This document shows positions 1 through 7,162 of a stretch of DNA of 36,739 bases, one piece after another (within the stretch, counting starts at the first letter, position 1; each line of letters starts with the position of its first letter). The position numbers and the translations under genes are program-made. Source of the stretch: a virus (taxonomy: Duplodnaviria > Caudoviricetes); IMG/VR virus record IMGVR_UViG_3300020171_000079; one strand, given 5' to 3'. The notes under the pieces are model-generated. The model saw only the letters and a program-made list of their open reading frames with translations, made no database searches and was not told where the DNA came from.

Positions 1-74
1 ACTATGCGGTCATAAGGTTTATATCCTTTTTTGTCGGTATTCAAATACTTTTCAAGCCGTTTATATTCGCTCAT
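1..74 (-). CDS. Hypothetical protein, runs off the window edge (MSEYKRLEKYLNTDKKGYKPYDRI...)
   Basis: ATG at 74-72 overlaps the TGA of the upstream small ORF (ATGA); GGAGG-like SD upstream; frame open to position 1. Confidence 0.55.
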   Translation of the reverse strand, partial: MSEYKRLEKYLNTDKKGYKPYDRI

Positions 75-193
75 CTTCTCCCTCCATATTCTTCCCACGC
101 ATCCACAGCAATCGCCACGAATATCATTAGCCCTAATCCGACATAGAATACAACCAATGCGTTCTCCGCGATGTAGTCATAGATTAGATTCAT
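71..193 (-). CDS. 40-aa single-TM small protein (MNLIYDYIAENALVVFYVGLGLMIFVAIAVDAWEEYGGRR)
   Basis: Translated by hand; AAGGAG SD upstream, ATGA overlaps at both ends, hydrophobic core. Confidence 0.6.
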   Translation of the reverse strand: MNLIYDYIAENALVVFYVGLGLMIFVAIAVDAWEEYGGRR

Positions 194-357
194 TGTATTC
201 TCCTTTTAAGATGCGGGCGGGCAACACGAGCGTTGCATTTACCTTGATATTCAAGGCGTTCTACTCTTAAACTACCGCCACGCGTGTTCGTCTTATCTTT
301 TCCGCTATTATTGATTTTGTCAAGGTGTTCCTTCAGGATTCTCTCAATAGCTGTCAT
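190..357 (-). CDS. Hypothetical protein (~55 aa, MTAIERILKE...)
   Basis: 3' part of ORF 190..423; start chosen at the ATG following a GAGGAG SD just after the replication gene stop. Confidence 0.55.
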   Translation of the reverse strand: MTAIERILKEHLDKINNSGKDKTNTRGGSLRVERLEYQGKCNARVARPHLKRRIQ

Positions 358-367
358 TGTTTTCTCC

Positions 368-1300
368 TCATTCCGGCCGCTCTCTTTTTCGGCAGTCCCT
401 ACACACAAAGTCCTTTTCTTCATCCGCTATCGCCTTTGCCACATCCTTGGGCACGGCGAATTTCCGGCTGCATGTCGTGCATGTTATCGGCACAAAATCA
501 TCGTCCGGTTTTTTCTTCTCTATCGCGGCGTTAGGATCGGCCACCCAGTCCTTCCAGTTATTGAACCATGTTTCGCCGTCCTGTATATACCCGTCTCTCA
601 CCCGCGGGCTTTTCAAATAATTCGCCAATGCGATGTTTATGGCCTCCCAGTCTGCGGCGGTTCGGCATTGTGCCTTGAAATGCGCCCATGCGCCGCGTTT
701 CCCTGTCTTCTGGGGGTATTTAGCCCATATGCTCTCGAAGTTCGTTGTGGTACCGTAATATGTGCCCGCTTGGACTGGGCGCGGGGGTATTGTTGGGAGT
801 TCCGGTTGCTTTTCCTTATAAGTAGGGTCTTTTACCGGTTCTATGGCTTCCGGCGCCGGCCCGGGGTCAGGCAAGGGGGCCACTATCGGCGCGGGGATTT
901 CCGGCGCTATCGGATTTGACATCAGCCCCATTATCCTGCCCCTGCCTATTCCCTTATCCTTTGCGGCCGCCAGGACTGCGGCGTGGAGCATGCTCTTGGG
1001 GTTCATCTGTTCGAGCTCTTTGCCATATTGGAATTTGATAAATCCTATTATATACCATTCGCCGTGCGGGAGGATGAGGATATCTTCGCCGAAGGCCTTC
1101 TTGATTTCTGTTTCGTTTATGGGTACGCCACCGGCCTCAATTCCCATGAGGGCGAGCTCGGGCTCCCATATTCCGGCGCAGTTGGCGTTCTCCCATATGT
1201 ATTGCCACAGCACTTTGAGGTGCGTGGGCATGGTGCGCCACTTTTTGGTGTGCCAGCGAGCGCAGTCGCTATATCGTTTGCGGGGTTTAGTTTTTCTCAT
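368..1300 (-). CDS. Putative replication initiator/replisome organizer with Pro-rich linker and C-terminal Zn ribbon
   Basis: N-terminal wHTH-like segment, FESIWAKYPQKTGK...A motif typical of phage replication proteins, C-terminal CxxC...CxxC; position downstream of recT. Confidence 0.6.
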   Translation of the reverse strand: MRKTKPRKRYSDCARWHTKKWRTMPTHLKVLWQYIWENANCAGIWEPELALMGIEAGGVPINETEIKKAFGEDILILPHGEWYIIGFIKFQYGKELEQMNPKSMLHAAVLAAAKDKGIGRGRIMGLMSNPIAPEIPAPIVAPLPDPGPAPEAIEPVKDPTYKEKQPELPTIPPRPVQAGTYYGTTTNFESIWAKYPQKTGKRGAWAHFKAQCRTAADWEAINIALANYLKSPRVRDGYIQDGETWFNNWKDWVADPNAAIEKKKPDDDFVPITCTTCSRKFAVPKDVAKAIADEEKDFVCRDCRKRERPE

Positions 1301-1313
1301 TTCTTCCTTTTAA

Positions 1314-1380
1314 TGCGTGGCGGGCAGGGATTTGCACCCTGCCTAATGCACTTTGTCGACCGATCACAGTGCCGCCACGC
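1314..1380 (-). ncRNA. tRNA-like structured RNA lacking a D-arm
   Basis: Closing stem GCGTGGCGG/CCGCCACGC, internal hairpin GCACT...AGTGC, T-arm-like GCAGGG-TGCAAAT-CCCTGC; intergenic between recT and the replication gene. Confidence 0.5.
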
Positions 1381-1388
1381 GTGCTCAT

Positions 1389-2144
1389 TTACTTTACGTC
1401 CTCTATCTCGATTCCCTTTCCTTCCTTCTCCTCCGGCAGGTCGATGACGTCGCTAAAGGGCTGCGGTTTTCCCGCGTCCACCCTGTCGTCCGCTTCCAAC
1501 GCCTTGTTAATCTCCGCTGATTTCGGGATGAATTTCATCAGCTTTTTGACGGCTGTCTTTACCCACATCGTTTCCGGCCACGTATTCCACGGGCTGTGTG
1601 CGCTGTTGGCCGCGGGCGAAGATGCCTTTACTTTGAGGATATCTTCTTTCGTCAGCACTTTGAATACGGGCATGCTCGCGCCTTTCATTTTGGCTACGGC
1701 GTAGGCCGCTTTGAGCTTCCCGCGGTCGGCCTCTGCCGGCACGTGCTTGATAAACTGCTCTGTGCCGAGCGAGTAAGTGAATTCGTCATTTTCGTACACG
1801 GCTTCTCCTATTACGAATTCCACCATGTTGCTGCGGTAGGCCAGCTCGATGAGCCCCTGATACCCGATGATGAATGTTGCTTCGTTGCCGTAGGGCACGA
1901 GCCAGCACTGCCCGTTTACTCCGGGTTCGAGGCCAAGCTGTGAGGCCATGATCACGGATCCGGCCAGGCTCTGCTTTGTGCAGGTCACCAGTTTGGGGTT
2001 GCGCCTCATCTCTGTGAGCACGATTCGCACCATGCGGTCGGCGTTCAGGTGCCGGGGCAGGGCGGTCGCCATTGCGGGTTTCATCCAGTCAACCAGAGCG
2101 CTTGCCTGGTCTTTCTTTGTCAGTTCCTGTTTTACTTCGGCCAT
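1389..2144 (-). CDS. recT: RecT-family single-strand annealing recombinase
   Basis: ALPRHLNADRMVRI, ASQLGLEP, WLVPYG, FIIGYQGLIELAYRS, SPW...ETMWVKT motifs. Confidence 0.93.
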   Translation of the reverse strand: MAEVKQELTKKDQASALVDWMKPAMATALPRHLNADRMVRIVLTEMRRNPKLVTCTKQSLAGSVIMASQLGLEPGVNGQCWLVPYGNEATFIIGYQGLIELAYRSNMVEFVIGEAVYENDEFTYSLGTEQFIKHVPAEADRGKLKAAYAVAKMKGASMPVFKVLTKEDILKVKASSPAANSAHSPWNTWPETMWVKTAVKKLMKFIPKSAEINKALEADDRVDAGKPQPFSDVIDLPEEKEGKGIEIEDVK

Positions 2145-2176
2145 TTTACTTTACTCCTTTCCCCATTTCGGGGATT

Positions 2177-2524
2177 TCATTCTTCGTTCAATACATTTCC
2201 GCACCAGTTTTCAAAATCTCTCCGCAGTTTTTCGAGCGTATTTATAGGCTCTACGCTTTTACTCCGTCCGACATAATCGCTCGGCACACCGGTCATCTCC
2301 ATCATCATTCGTGACAATATCTCTTGACTGTACGCACCATCAAACGACGGTGGTAGCGCCACTGCCTGTTCTGCCCATGCTCCCTGCATGCTGTAACGGT
2401 GCAGGTCGGTCTCGGACACAGCTACCCTTCTCCCCGGGATTTCCAATTCCATCATTCTTGTGAGCGGATTCTTCCAGACATTGAGTCCAGCCTGTCCGAG
2501 CACGCCGGGGAATATATCTCTCAT
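2177..2524 (-). CDS. Hypothetical protein
   Basis: ORF in operon, ATGA overlap with upstream gene. Confidence 0.6.
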   Translation of the reverse strand: MRDIFPGVLGQAGLNVWKNPLTRMMELEIPGRRVAVSETDLHRYSMQGAWAEQAVALPPSFDGAYSQEILSRMMMEMTGVPSDYVGRSKSVEPINTLEKLRRDFENWCGNVLNEE

Positions 2525-2937
2525 ACCTCTTCGTTCCTCTTAATGTGCATGTTGACGTTGGGCAATCTCTCCATGATTTTGCCGTAGACCTCCTGCAACT
2601 TATCGTGCCCCTCTTTCAGCAGAGAGATGGTGTCGTTATGAAACCTTGTCTGCATGGCCATTTCTTTTTCCTGATACTTCCTCTGCATTTCAAGTTCCTT
2701 CTTCGTCGCCTCAATGTTCTGCTGTTCCTCTCTCATTTTGACGAGGTGCTTGATTTCCTTTTCCTCGAGCCCTTTCTTAAGCTCCAGTTCGCCGATGTCT
2801 TTTTTCAGTGATGTGATCTGCTTTTCCCTCTCATCGATTTCTTTCTTCAGCCCAAGAACTTTCTTCTCGCCACTGCCCTCGACGCCGAGCGTCTCCTCGA
2901 TTACTTTCCTCAGTTTCCTTTCAGTTACGAACATCAT
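2521..2937 (-). CDS. Coiled-coil hypothetical protein
   Basis: E/K-rich heptad pattern, SD AAGGAG upstream. Confidence 0.7.
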   Translation of the reverse strand: MMFVTERKLRKVIEETLGVEGSGEKKVLGLKKEIDEREKQITSLKKDIGELELKKGLEEKEIKHLVKMREEQQNIEATKKELEMQRKYQEKEMAMQTRFHNDTISLLKEGHDKLQEVYGKIMERLPNVNMHIKRNEEV

Positions 2938-2955
2938 TTTTTCTTCTCCTTTGCC

Positions 2956-3372
2956 CTATACGGGCGTGTCAAATTCCGGCGGATCAGCTGGGCCCGCGCC
3001 GAATTCGTCATCATCTCCGGCTTCTCTGTCGGCTGTCGCGGGCTCGATGTTGATGATTGTCGTGTATTCCTTGCCTTTTACTGTTTCAATCACGCTATCA
3101 GCCTCGATTGCCCTTCCTTCCACTTCGTCTGTGTCCCAGTCAAATACTCCGGGCTTTGTCTCCTTGCACCCGAGCGCCTTAAGGATAGGCGGGCACAGCC
3201 ACACCATAAACCTTTTGTTCCATTTGCCACCCGTGGGTGTGTCGAAGTAGAAAGTGTAATACGGATGATTCCCCGTCGTGTGCCCTTTCTCCACGTGGTC
3301 AATGGTCAGCTTTACGTGAATTCCTGGTTCGAGATAATTCGAACCCCTTGTGTCAGTCGTTTCTCTGCTCAT
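2956..3372 (-). CDS. Putative ssDNA-binding protein (DUF669-like)
   Basis: LEPG..V..IDHVEKG N-terminus, acidic/Pro C-terminal tail, located in the recombination module. Confidence 0.55.
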   Translation of the reverse strand: MSRETTDTRGSNYLEPGIHVKLTIDHVEKGHTTGNHPYYTFYFDTPTGGKWNKRFMVWLCPPILKALGCKETKPGVFDWDTDEVEGRAIEADSVIETVKGKEYTTIINIEPATADREAGDDDEFGAGPADPPEFDTPV

Positions 3373-3722
3373 CTTCTGATTACCTCCTGTGTTCTGTTCC
3401 TGTTTATCTCATCCAGTTCTCTTTCTGCTTCCGCCAGCTTCTCGCGCAACGCATTGTTGGTTTTGATGAGCTTGTTCTTGCCTGCGTCGGAGTGAAGTTC
3501 ACCAACCCTGAAAAATATGCCTTCCCAGTTGAGCGGTTCGGGGATTCGGGTGGACATCATTCCATATTCTACTCTTTCCATATAGCCGTCCAACACCTTT
3601 GAGAATTCTTTGCGAAACCTCAAATCCCTTTCGGCTGTGGTAAGGATCATCTCTTTCAATTGGACAATTTCTGCCCTGTCCGCCTCCTTCTCTCTCACCA
3701 AATCATCTTTTGTCTTTTTCAT
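3369..3722 (-). CDS. Hypothetical protein
   Basis: ORF with ATGA overlaps in operon. Confidence 0.65.
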   Translation of the reverse strand: MKKTKDDLVREKEADRAEIVQLKEMILTTAERDLRFRKEFSKVLDGYMERVEYGMMSTRIPEPLNWEGIFFRVGELHSDAGKNKLIKTNNALREKLAEAERELDEINRNRTQEVIRR

Positions 3723-3940
3723 TGCCCTTTTTCCTCCTTTACTTTACCCTTCAGCTTCAGCCTATCATAAGTGTCGAGCACAAGCTGTCTGTCCATTGCG
3801 CTGAATTCGCTTTGCTTCGACAGTATCAGCTTTCGCTCGGCTATGATGTGCGCGATAAAATCTGCCTCAAATTTCGCCACCTGCTCTGCTTTGAGCTTTT
3901 TCGCTTTCCGGCGGGCGAGGTAGTTTTTAATTATTCCCAT
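3719..3940 (-). CDS. Hypothetical basic protein (MGIIKNYLARRK...)
   Basis: 3' part of ORF 3719..4015; ATG at 3940 overlaps the end of the upstream gene. Confidence 0.55.
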   Translation of the reverse strand: MGIIKNYLARRKAKKLKAEQVAKFEADFIAHIIAERKLILSKQSEFSAMDRQLVLDTYDRLKLKGKVKEEKGQ

Positions 3941-4272
3941 TTTATAGTCCTGTAAATATACATTCCGCTGTCGAACAATCTCACCAATATCGCACCGTTT
4001 AGGTTTATCATCCATGCCGCCGGGTTTGGCTTTCTAAATCCGCTCCACTTCGGAACGACCACGGCTCGGCGTTGTTCTACTGCCCGCTGTAATCCTTTCA
4101 GGGAGCTTATTCTTCTGCCTATATGGTTATATGAAACAGACCAATCTTCCCAAACTTCTTTAGTTATTCTTGTGTATTCGGCATTCATCAACCGTGCCCT
4201 ATTTTTTCTAAACTTATCTGAAAGTGCAAGCATTTCTTTTCCTATTTTCGGCGTTGTTTTTATTGTTACCAT
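3931..4272 (-). CDS. Hypothetical protein
   Basis: ORF in operon, TAATG overlap with the exonuclease gene, SD GAGG. Confidence 0.6.
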   Translation of the reverse strand: MVTIKTTPKIGKEMLALSDKFRKNRARLMNAEYTRITKEVWEDWSVSYNHIGRRISSLKGLQRAVEQRRAVVVPKWSGFRKPNPAAWMINLNGAILVRLFDSGMYIYRTIKWE

Positions 4273-5090
4273 TATCCTCTCCTCCTATATTTACACGTGC
4301 CAAAGTATCCGCAATATGCCGGGGCACACCACCATGCTGATGTGCTGCATGGCGTGAATATCCCTGATTCTATCACTTTTATCGCCTGCGCCACGCATAC
4401 CAGCAGGGTTTTGATGTCGCCCGCTGTGCGCTCTGTTTCCTGTGAAACATATTTCGGTGTTTTGTTTTTGATGAGGTAATCCTGCTGTATGTGCTTCGGC
4501 AGGGATCCCGTTTGCTTTAATACTTTGAGCGAATACATTGTGAGCTGCCGGCTGTCGTCCGCGTCTGTCTTCCCCGGGGATTTCCCTGCTGTCTTCGTGT
4601 CCCGCAGTCCGATACCGCCTGCCACCTTTTCCTCGATGTCGGATGTGCCCGCCAGCTTCCAGTTCGTTCCGCTGATGTCGAAGCTGAAATAGTCCTCTAA
4701 GTTTATTGGCTCTATGGTTGGGGCCACGATTTCGTGATGAAGGTTTGACATGGCTATGGCTGTGTTTATGGCGTCGTTTCGTGTTGCCCGCTTGCCGGCC
4801 AGCTTTTCGTCATCGTTCAATATCACGCCCTTATCCCATGCGCCTTTTATCTGCTCGGACGCTATTTCTGCCAGCAGGTCGCCGGGTGCCAGCTTGCCTG
4901 TGTCTTTCTTTTCGGTGAGGTCGACTTCTATGCTTTTGTGGGTGCTGCTTCCTATAATGAGGGCTATGCCGGGCGGGACGATTTCGTTCATAATGTAACG
5001 GCGACGGAATTGCTCGCCGCACTTAAAGAGCATATTTATGCCACTCATGCCGAGGGAGCGCTTATCGAGTTCCGTTGAAAGCTTATTCAT
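4272..5090 (-). CDS. Cas4/RecB-like PD-(D/E)XK exonuclease (probable partner of RecT)
   Basis: S.IN...KC N-terminal Cys, G.STHK, AGTSD...DTKT catalytic motif, QLTMY, C-terminal WWCAPAYCGYFGTC Fe-S ligands. Confidence 0.85.
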   Translation of the reverse strand: MNKLSTELDKRSLGMSGINMLFKCGEQFRRRYIMNEIVPPGIALIIGSSTHKSIEVDLTEKKDTGKLAPGDLLAEIASEQIKGAWDKGVILNDDEKLAGKRATRNDAINTAIAMSNLHHEIVAPTIEPINLEDYFSFDISGTNWKLAGTSDIEEKVAGGIGLRDTKTAGKSPGKTDADDSRQLTMYSLKVLKQTGSLPKHIQQDYLIKNKTPKYVSQETERTAGDIKTLLVCVAQAIKVIESGIFTPCSTSAWWCAPAYCGYFGTCKYRRRG

Positions 5091-5283
5091 TTACCCCTCT
5101 TTCCTTTTTGGTTGCTGCGCTTATCCTCTGCTCCGGGTGTATCGTTATCGTGTATTTCTTGCCGTCGCTGTGCTTTATCCGCATGAGTATGCTCTCCCGA
5201 AGCTGGTGGAATTCTACGATGTCCGGGAATATCTTCTTGATTGCGTCTGCTATTTCTCCGCAGTGGGTTATCGGTTTGGTCAT
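5083..5283 (-). CDS. Hypothetical protein (MTKPITHCGEIAD...)
   Basis: AAGGAG SD then ATG at 5283; 3' part of ORF 5083..5370. Confidence 0.55.
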   Translation of the reverse strand: MTKPITHCGEIADAIKKIFPDIVEFHQLRESILMRIKHSDGKKYTITIHPEQRISAATKKERGVNE

Positions 5284-5294
5284 TTTGGCGCTCC

Positions 5295-5567
5295 TTATAA
5301 TACCAATCCCAAGTCCGCCTGATATTTCGGGCCGATCTTCTTGGGCGTGTACGGCGCGACAACTTCCCATGTGTCCGTGCTGTCGTCGCTCTTCGCTTTT
5401 TTAACGTTTATTACGATTCCCCGGTCTGACAGAAACCTCATGTGTCTGTCCGCGCATGATACGCCGCGCCTCATGGCCGCTATCTTTATCAGCTCTGTTC
5501 GCGCGGGGCAGATTATGGACATGATGTCGTAAACTATTTTTTCCTGTATCGGCTTTTCTTCTTTCAT
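5295..5567 (-). CDS. Hypothetical protein, first gene after promoter P2
   Basis: ORF preceded by AAGGA SD and a structured leader. Confidence 0.6.
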   Translation of the reverse strand: MKEEKPIQEKIVYDIMSIICPARTELIKIAAMRRGVSCADRHMRFLSDRGIVINVKKAKSDDSTDTWEVVAPYTPKKIGPKYQADLGLVL

Positions 5568-5586
5568 TGTATTTTGTCCTTTTTTA

Positions 5587-5691
5587 GTCCGGCCGCCCGC
5601 GGGTGCAGCGGACGTGATGATGTCCTCCGTTGGGTCGAGCCGGACGTTAAAATTTGTTCGTTGCCGGTTGTTGCTTTCCGATGTCCGCTGC
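5587..5691 (-). ncRNA. Structured 5' leader downstream of promoter P2
   Basis: Stem GTCCGGC/GCCGGAC (5645-5639 with 5593-5587) and a competing 9-bp pairing GCAGCGGAC/GTCCGCTGC (5691-5683 with 5613-5605). Confidence 0.45.
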
Positions 5692-5703
5692 TATCAATTT
5701 GTT

Positions 5704-6045
5704 TCATTGCACCCTATTATGTGTTAGATTTTCCCGTTTGTCCAGTTTTTCGCGCTTCAATCGCGCTCCGCTTGTCAAATATCTCCGCATGCGCCGGTTG
5801 TTTATCAGCGGGGTTATCTTGAAATACGGCAGGAGTTCCGGCGCGTATTTCTCCGCGTAGTTATGCGCTATCTGTTGTGCCCTGCGGATCGCCACGGCTT
5901 GTATGACTGCCTTCTTTGGCGCGCTCTTGCGGATTGCGTCCAATTCCGGGTCGTTAGCGTCCGGGAATACCACCAGGCCGTCATGCCGCTTCAGCGCCTG
6001 CCTTCCGTTGACTATTTCGTCTGTGCATTTGAGTTCATTATTCAT
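5704..6045 (-). CDS. Hypothetical early protein (MNNELKCTDE...)
   Basis: ORF 5704..6072 with likely start at 6045 after GGAGG. Confidence 0.6.
   Translation of the reverse strand: MNNELKCTDEIVNGRQALKRHDGLVVFPDANDPELDAIRKSAPKKAVIQAVAIRRAQQIAHNYAEKYAPELLPYFKITPLINNRRMRRYLTSGARLKREKLDKRENLTHNRVQ
5715..5745 (-). promoter_or_regulatory. Phage promoter P2: CTGGACAA-N13-ACACATAATA
   Basis: Same motif and spacing as 8307-8337 and 9364-9394; reads as TGGACA-N17-CATAAT. Confidence 0.8.
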
Positions 6046-6217
6046 ATTCTTTTTCCTCCACTGTTCCAACATTGTTCCCGTTTATATCATAAAGCGATAC
6101 AGGCCAATCGTGACGGTCTAACCTGTCCGCGAGCTTCCGCAATATCCGCGCGGCCTCGTGGTCTTTGTCCGGCGCTTCAAATGCTGCGTTCTCTGTTTCA
6201 ATTTTAATGATAATCAT
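6038..6217 (-). CDS. 59-aa conserved phage early protein (MIIIKIETENAAFEAPDKDHEAARILRKLADRL...YDINGNNVG)
   Basis: Translated by hand; the ENAAF...E.ARILR.LA...D.NGN.VG pattern recurs in phage hypothetical proteins; GAGG SD. Confidence 0.7.
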   Translation of the reverse strand: MIIIKIETENAAFEAPDKDHEAARILRKLADRLDRHDWPVSLYDINGNNVGTVEEKEYE

Positions 6218-6452
6218 CCTCGCCCCCTTCCGTTTTTGCGATTGCCTTCATAAGATAATCAAATTCGCCGTGTTTTTTTACTGCCATTTTACACGCATCA
6301 AGCAGTTCCGGCGCGGCCGCGATGAGCGCTCCGTCCTTCTCGAAGTTTTCCTCCGACCCTCTGTAATTAGGGCGCTCGCATACTATCCGCGTTTTCTCTC
6401 CGTCCGTTTCCACGATGCAGTCCTTGAACACGTTGATTTTCCATTGCTTCAT
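6204..6452 (-). CDS. Phage hypothetical protein of the 'LIAAAPELL' type
   Basis: GALIAAAPELLDACK...KAIAKTEG motif; start MKQWK after AAGGAGG. Confidence 0.7.
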   Translation of the reverse strand: MKQWKINVFKDCIVETDGEKTRIVCERPNYRGSEENFEKDGALIAAAPELLDACKMAVKKHGEFDYLMKAIAKTEGGEDDYH

Positions 6453-6468
6453 TTTGCTTTCCTCCTTT

Positions 6469-6789
6469 TTATTCCGCAGTCCCGTACCAGTCAAACTTGC
6501 CTGTTCCCAAGTAGGCTTTCAGTTTTTGCTTGGCCTCCTTTTGTGTCTTGTAGAGCGCCGATACAAAGTTCCTGCCTACTGAAAATGCCCATCCCTTTCT
6601 GTCGCCTACTGCTGATTTGAAAACTTCGGTCTTGTTTGTTTCCATTGTGCTTTCTCCTTTTTTGTGCTTTCTGTATTCCGCTCGTATCTCTTTCTTGCTC
6701 CGCTCCCCTGTTCCTATCATTCGCCAGTGTCCGCAGGTGCATTCCGCTTGTGCGTCGTGCAGGCTGATTATGATTAGTTTGTGTGTCAT
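6469..6789 (-). CDS. Hypothetical early protein (MTHKLIIISL...), with in-frame internal start at 6645
   Basis: GGAG/GAGG SD before 6789; second SD AAAGGAG before ATG 6645. Confidence 0.6.
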   Translation of the reverse strand: MTHKLIIISLHDAQAECTCGHWRMIGTGERSKKEIRAEYRKHKKGESTMETNKTEVFKSAVGDRKGWAFSVGRNFVSALYKTQKEAKQKLKAYLGTGKFDWYGTAE

Positions 6790-6824
6790 TTTACCCTCTC
6801 CTCTGCCGGTGTCCGGCGGTTCGT

Positions 6825-7061
6825 TTAGCCTTTCCCGTTTATCCATGCCGAGTATGCGGCGTCCGCTTCTTTCTCTGTTAGCCGGGTGTCGCTTACTATC
6901 ACGGCGATGTCGTCTGCTCCGGTGTTTATGTATCTGTAGCACCGGGGTCTCTTGTTTGTCAGCCGGCACAGGGTTCTCATCAGCGAGCTGGCATCTCTCC
7001 AGTCTGCCCACAGCACGAATGGGCGGCTTTTCTTTTTTGTCTTTGCGTCGATCGCGTTCAT
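6825..7061 (-). CDS. Hypothetical early protein (MNAIDAKTKK..., 78 aa)
   Basis: GAGAGGA SD, ATG at 7061; protein-like 3' end of ORF 6825..8192. Confidence 0.6.
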   Translation of the reverse strand: MNAIDAKTKKKSRPFVLWADWRDASSLMRTLCRLTNKRPRCYRYINTGADDIAVIVSDTRLTEKEADAAYSAWINGKG

Positions 7062-7096
7062 CTTTTCCTCTCTTTCCGGCCTGCTGCCGGTATTGT

Positions 7097-7160
7097 GGTC
7101 TGCCTCATCAGCGCGGATTGACCGTTTCCCGCGGACCCGGTTGCTGTCCCGGGTTTCGGC
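7097..7160 (-). ncRNA. Type II hammerhead ribozyme
   Basis: GCC-GAAA-C-CCGG(loop)CCGG-G-UC-CGCGG(loop)CCGCG-CUGAUGA-GGC: complete catalytic core with stems I-III; loop I GGUC can pseudoknot with the 3' GACC. Confidence 0.9.
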
Positions 7161-7162
7161 GT

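Noticed and set aside
820-920. Short repeated GC-rich words in the replication gene, possible iterons
   Set aside because: Imperfect and explained by the Pro/Ala/Ile-rich linker.
4272-5090. Cas4-like nuclease as a sign of CRISPR
   Set aside because: No repeat-spacer array or other cas genes seen; it sits in the recombination module with recT.
6976-6983. Another CUGAUGA heptamer on the minus strand
   Set aside because: Inside a coding region with no GAAA/stem architecture.
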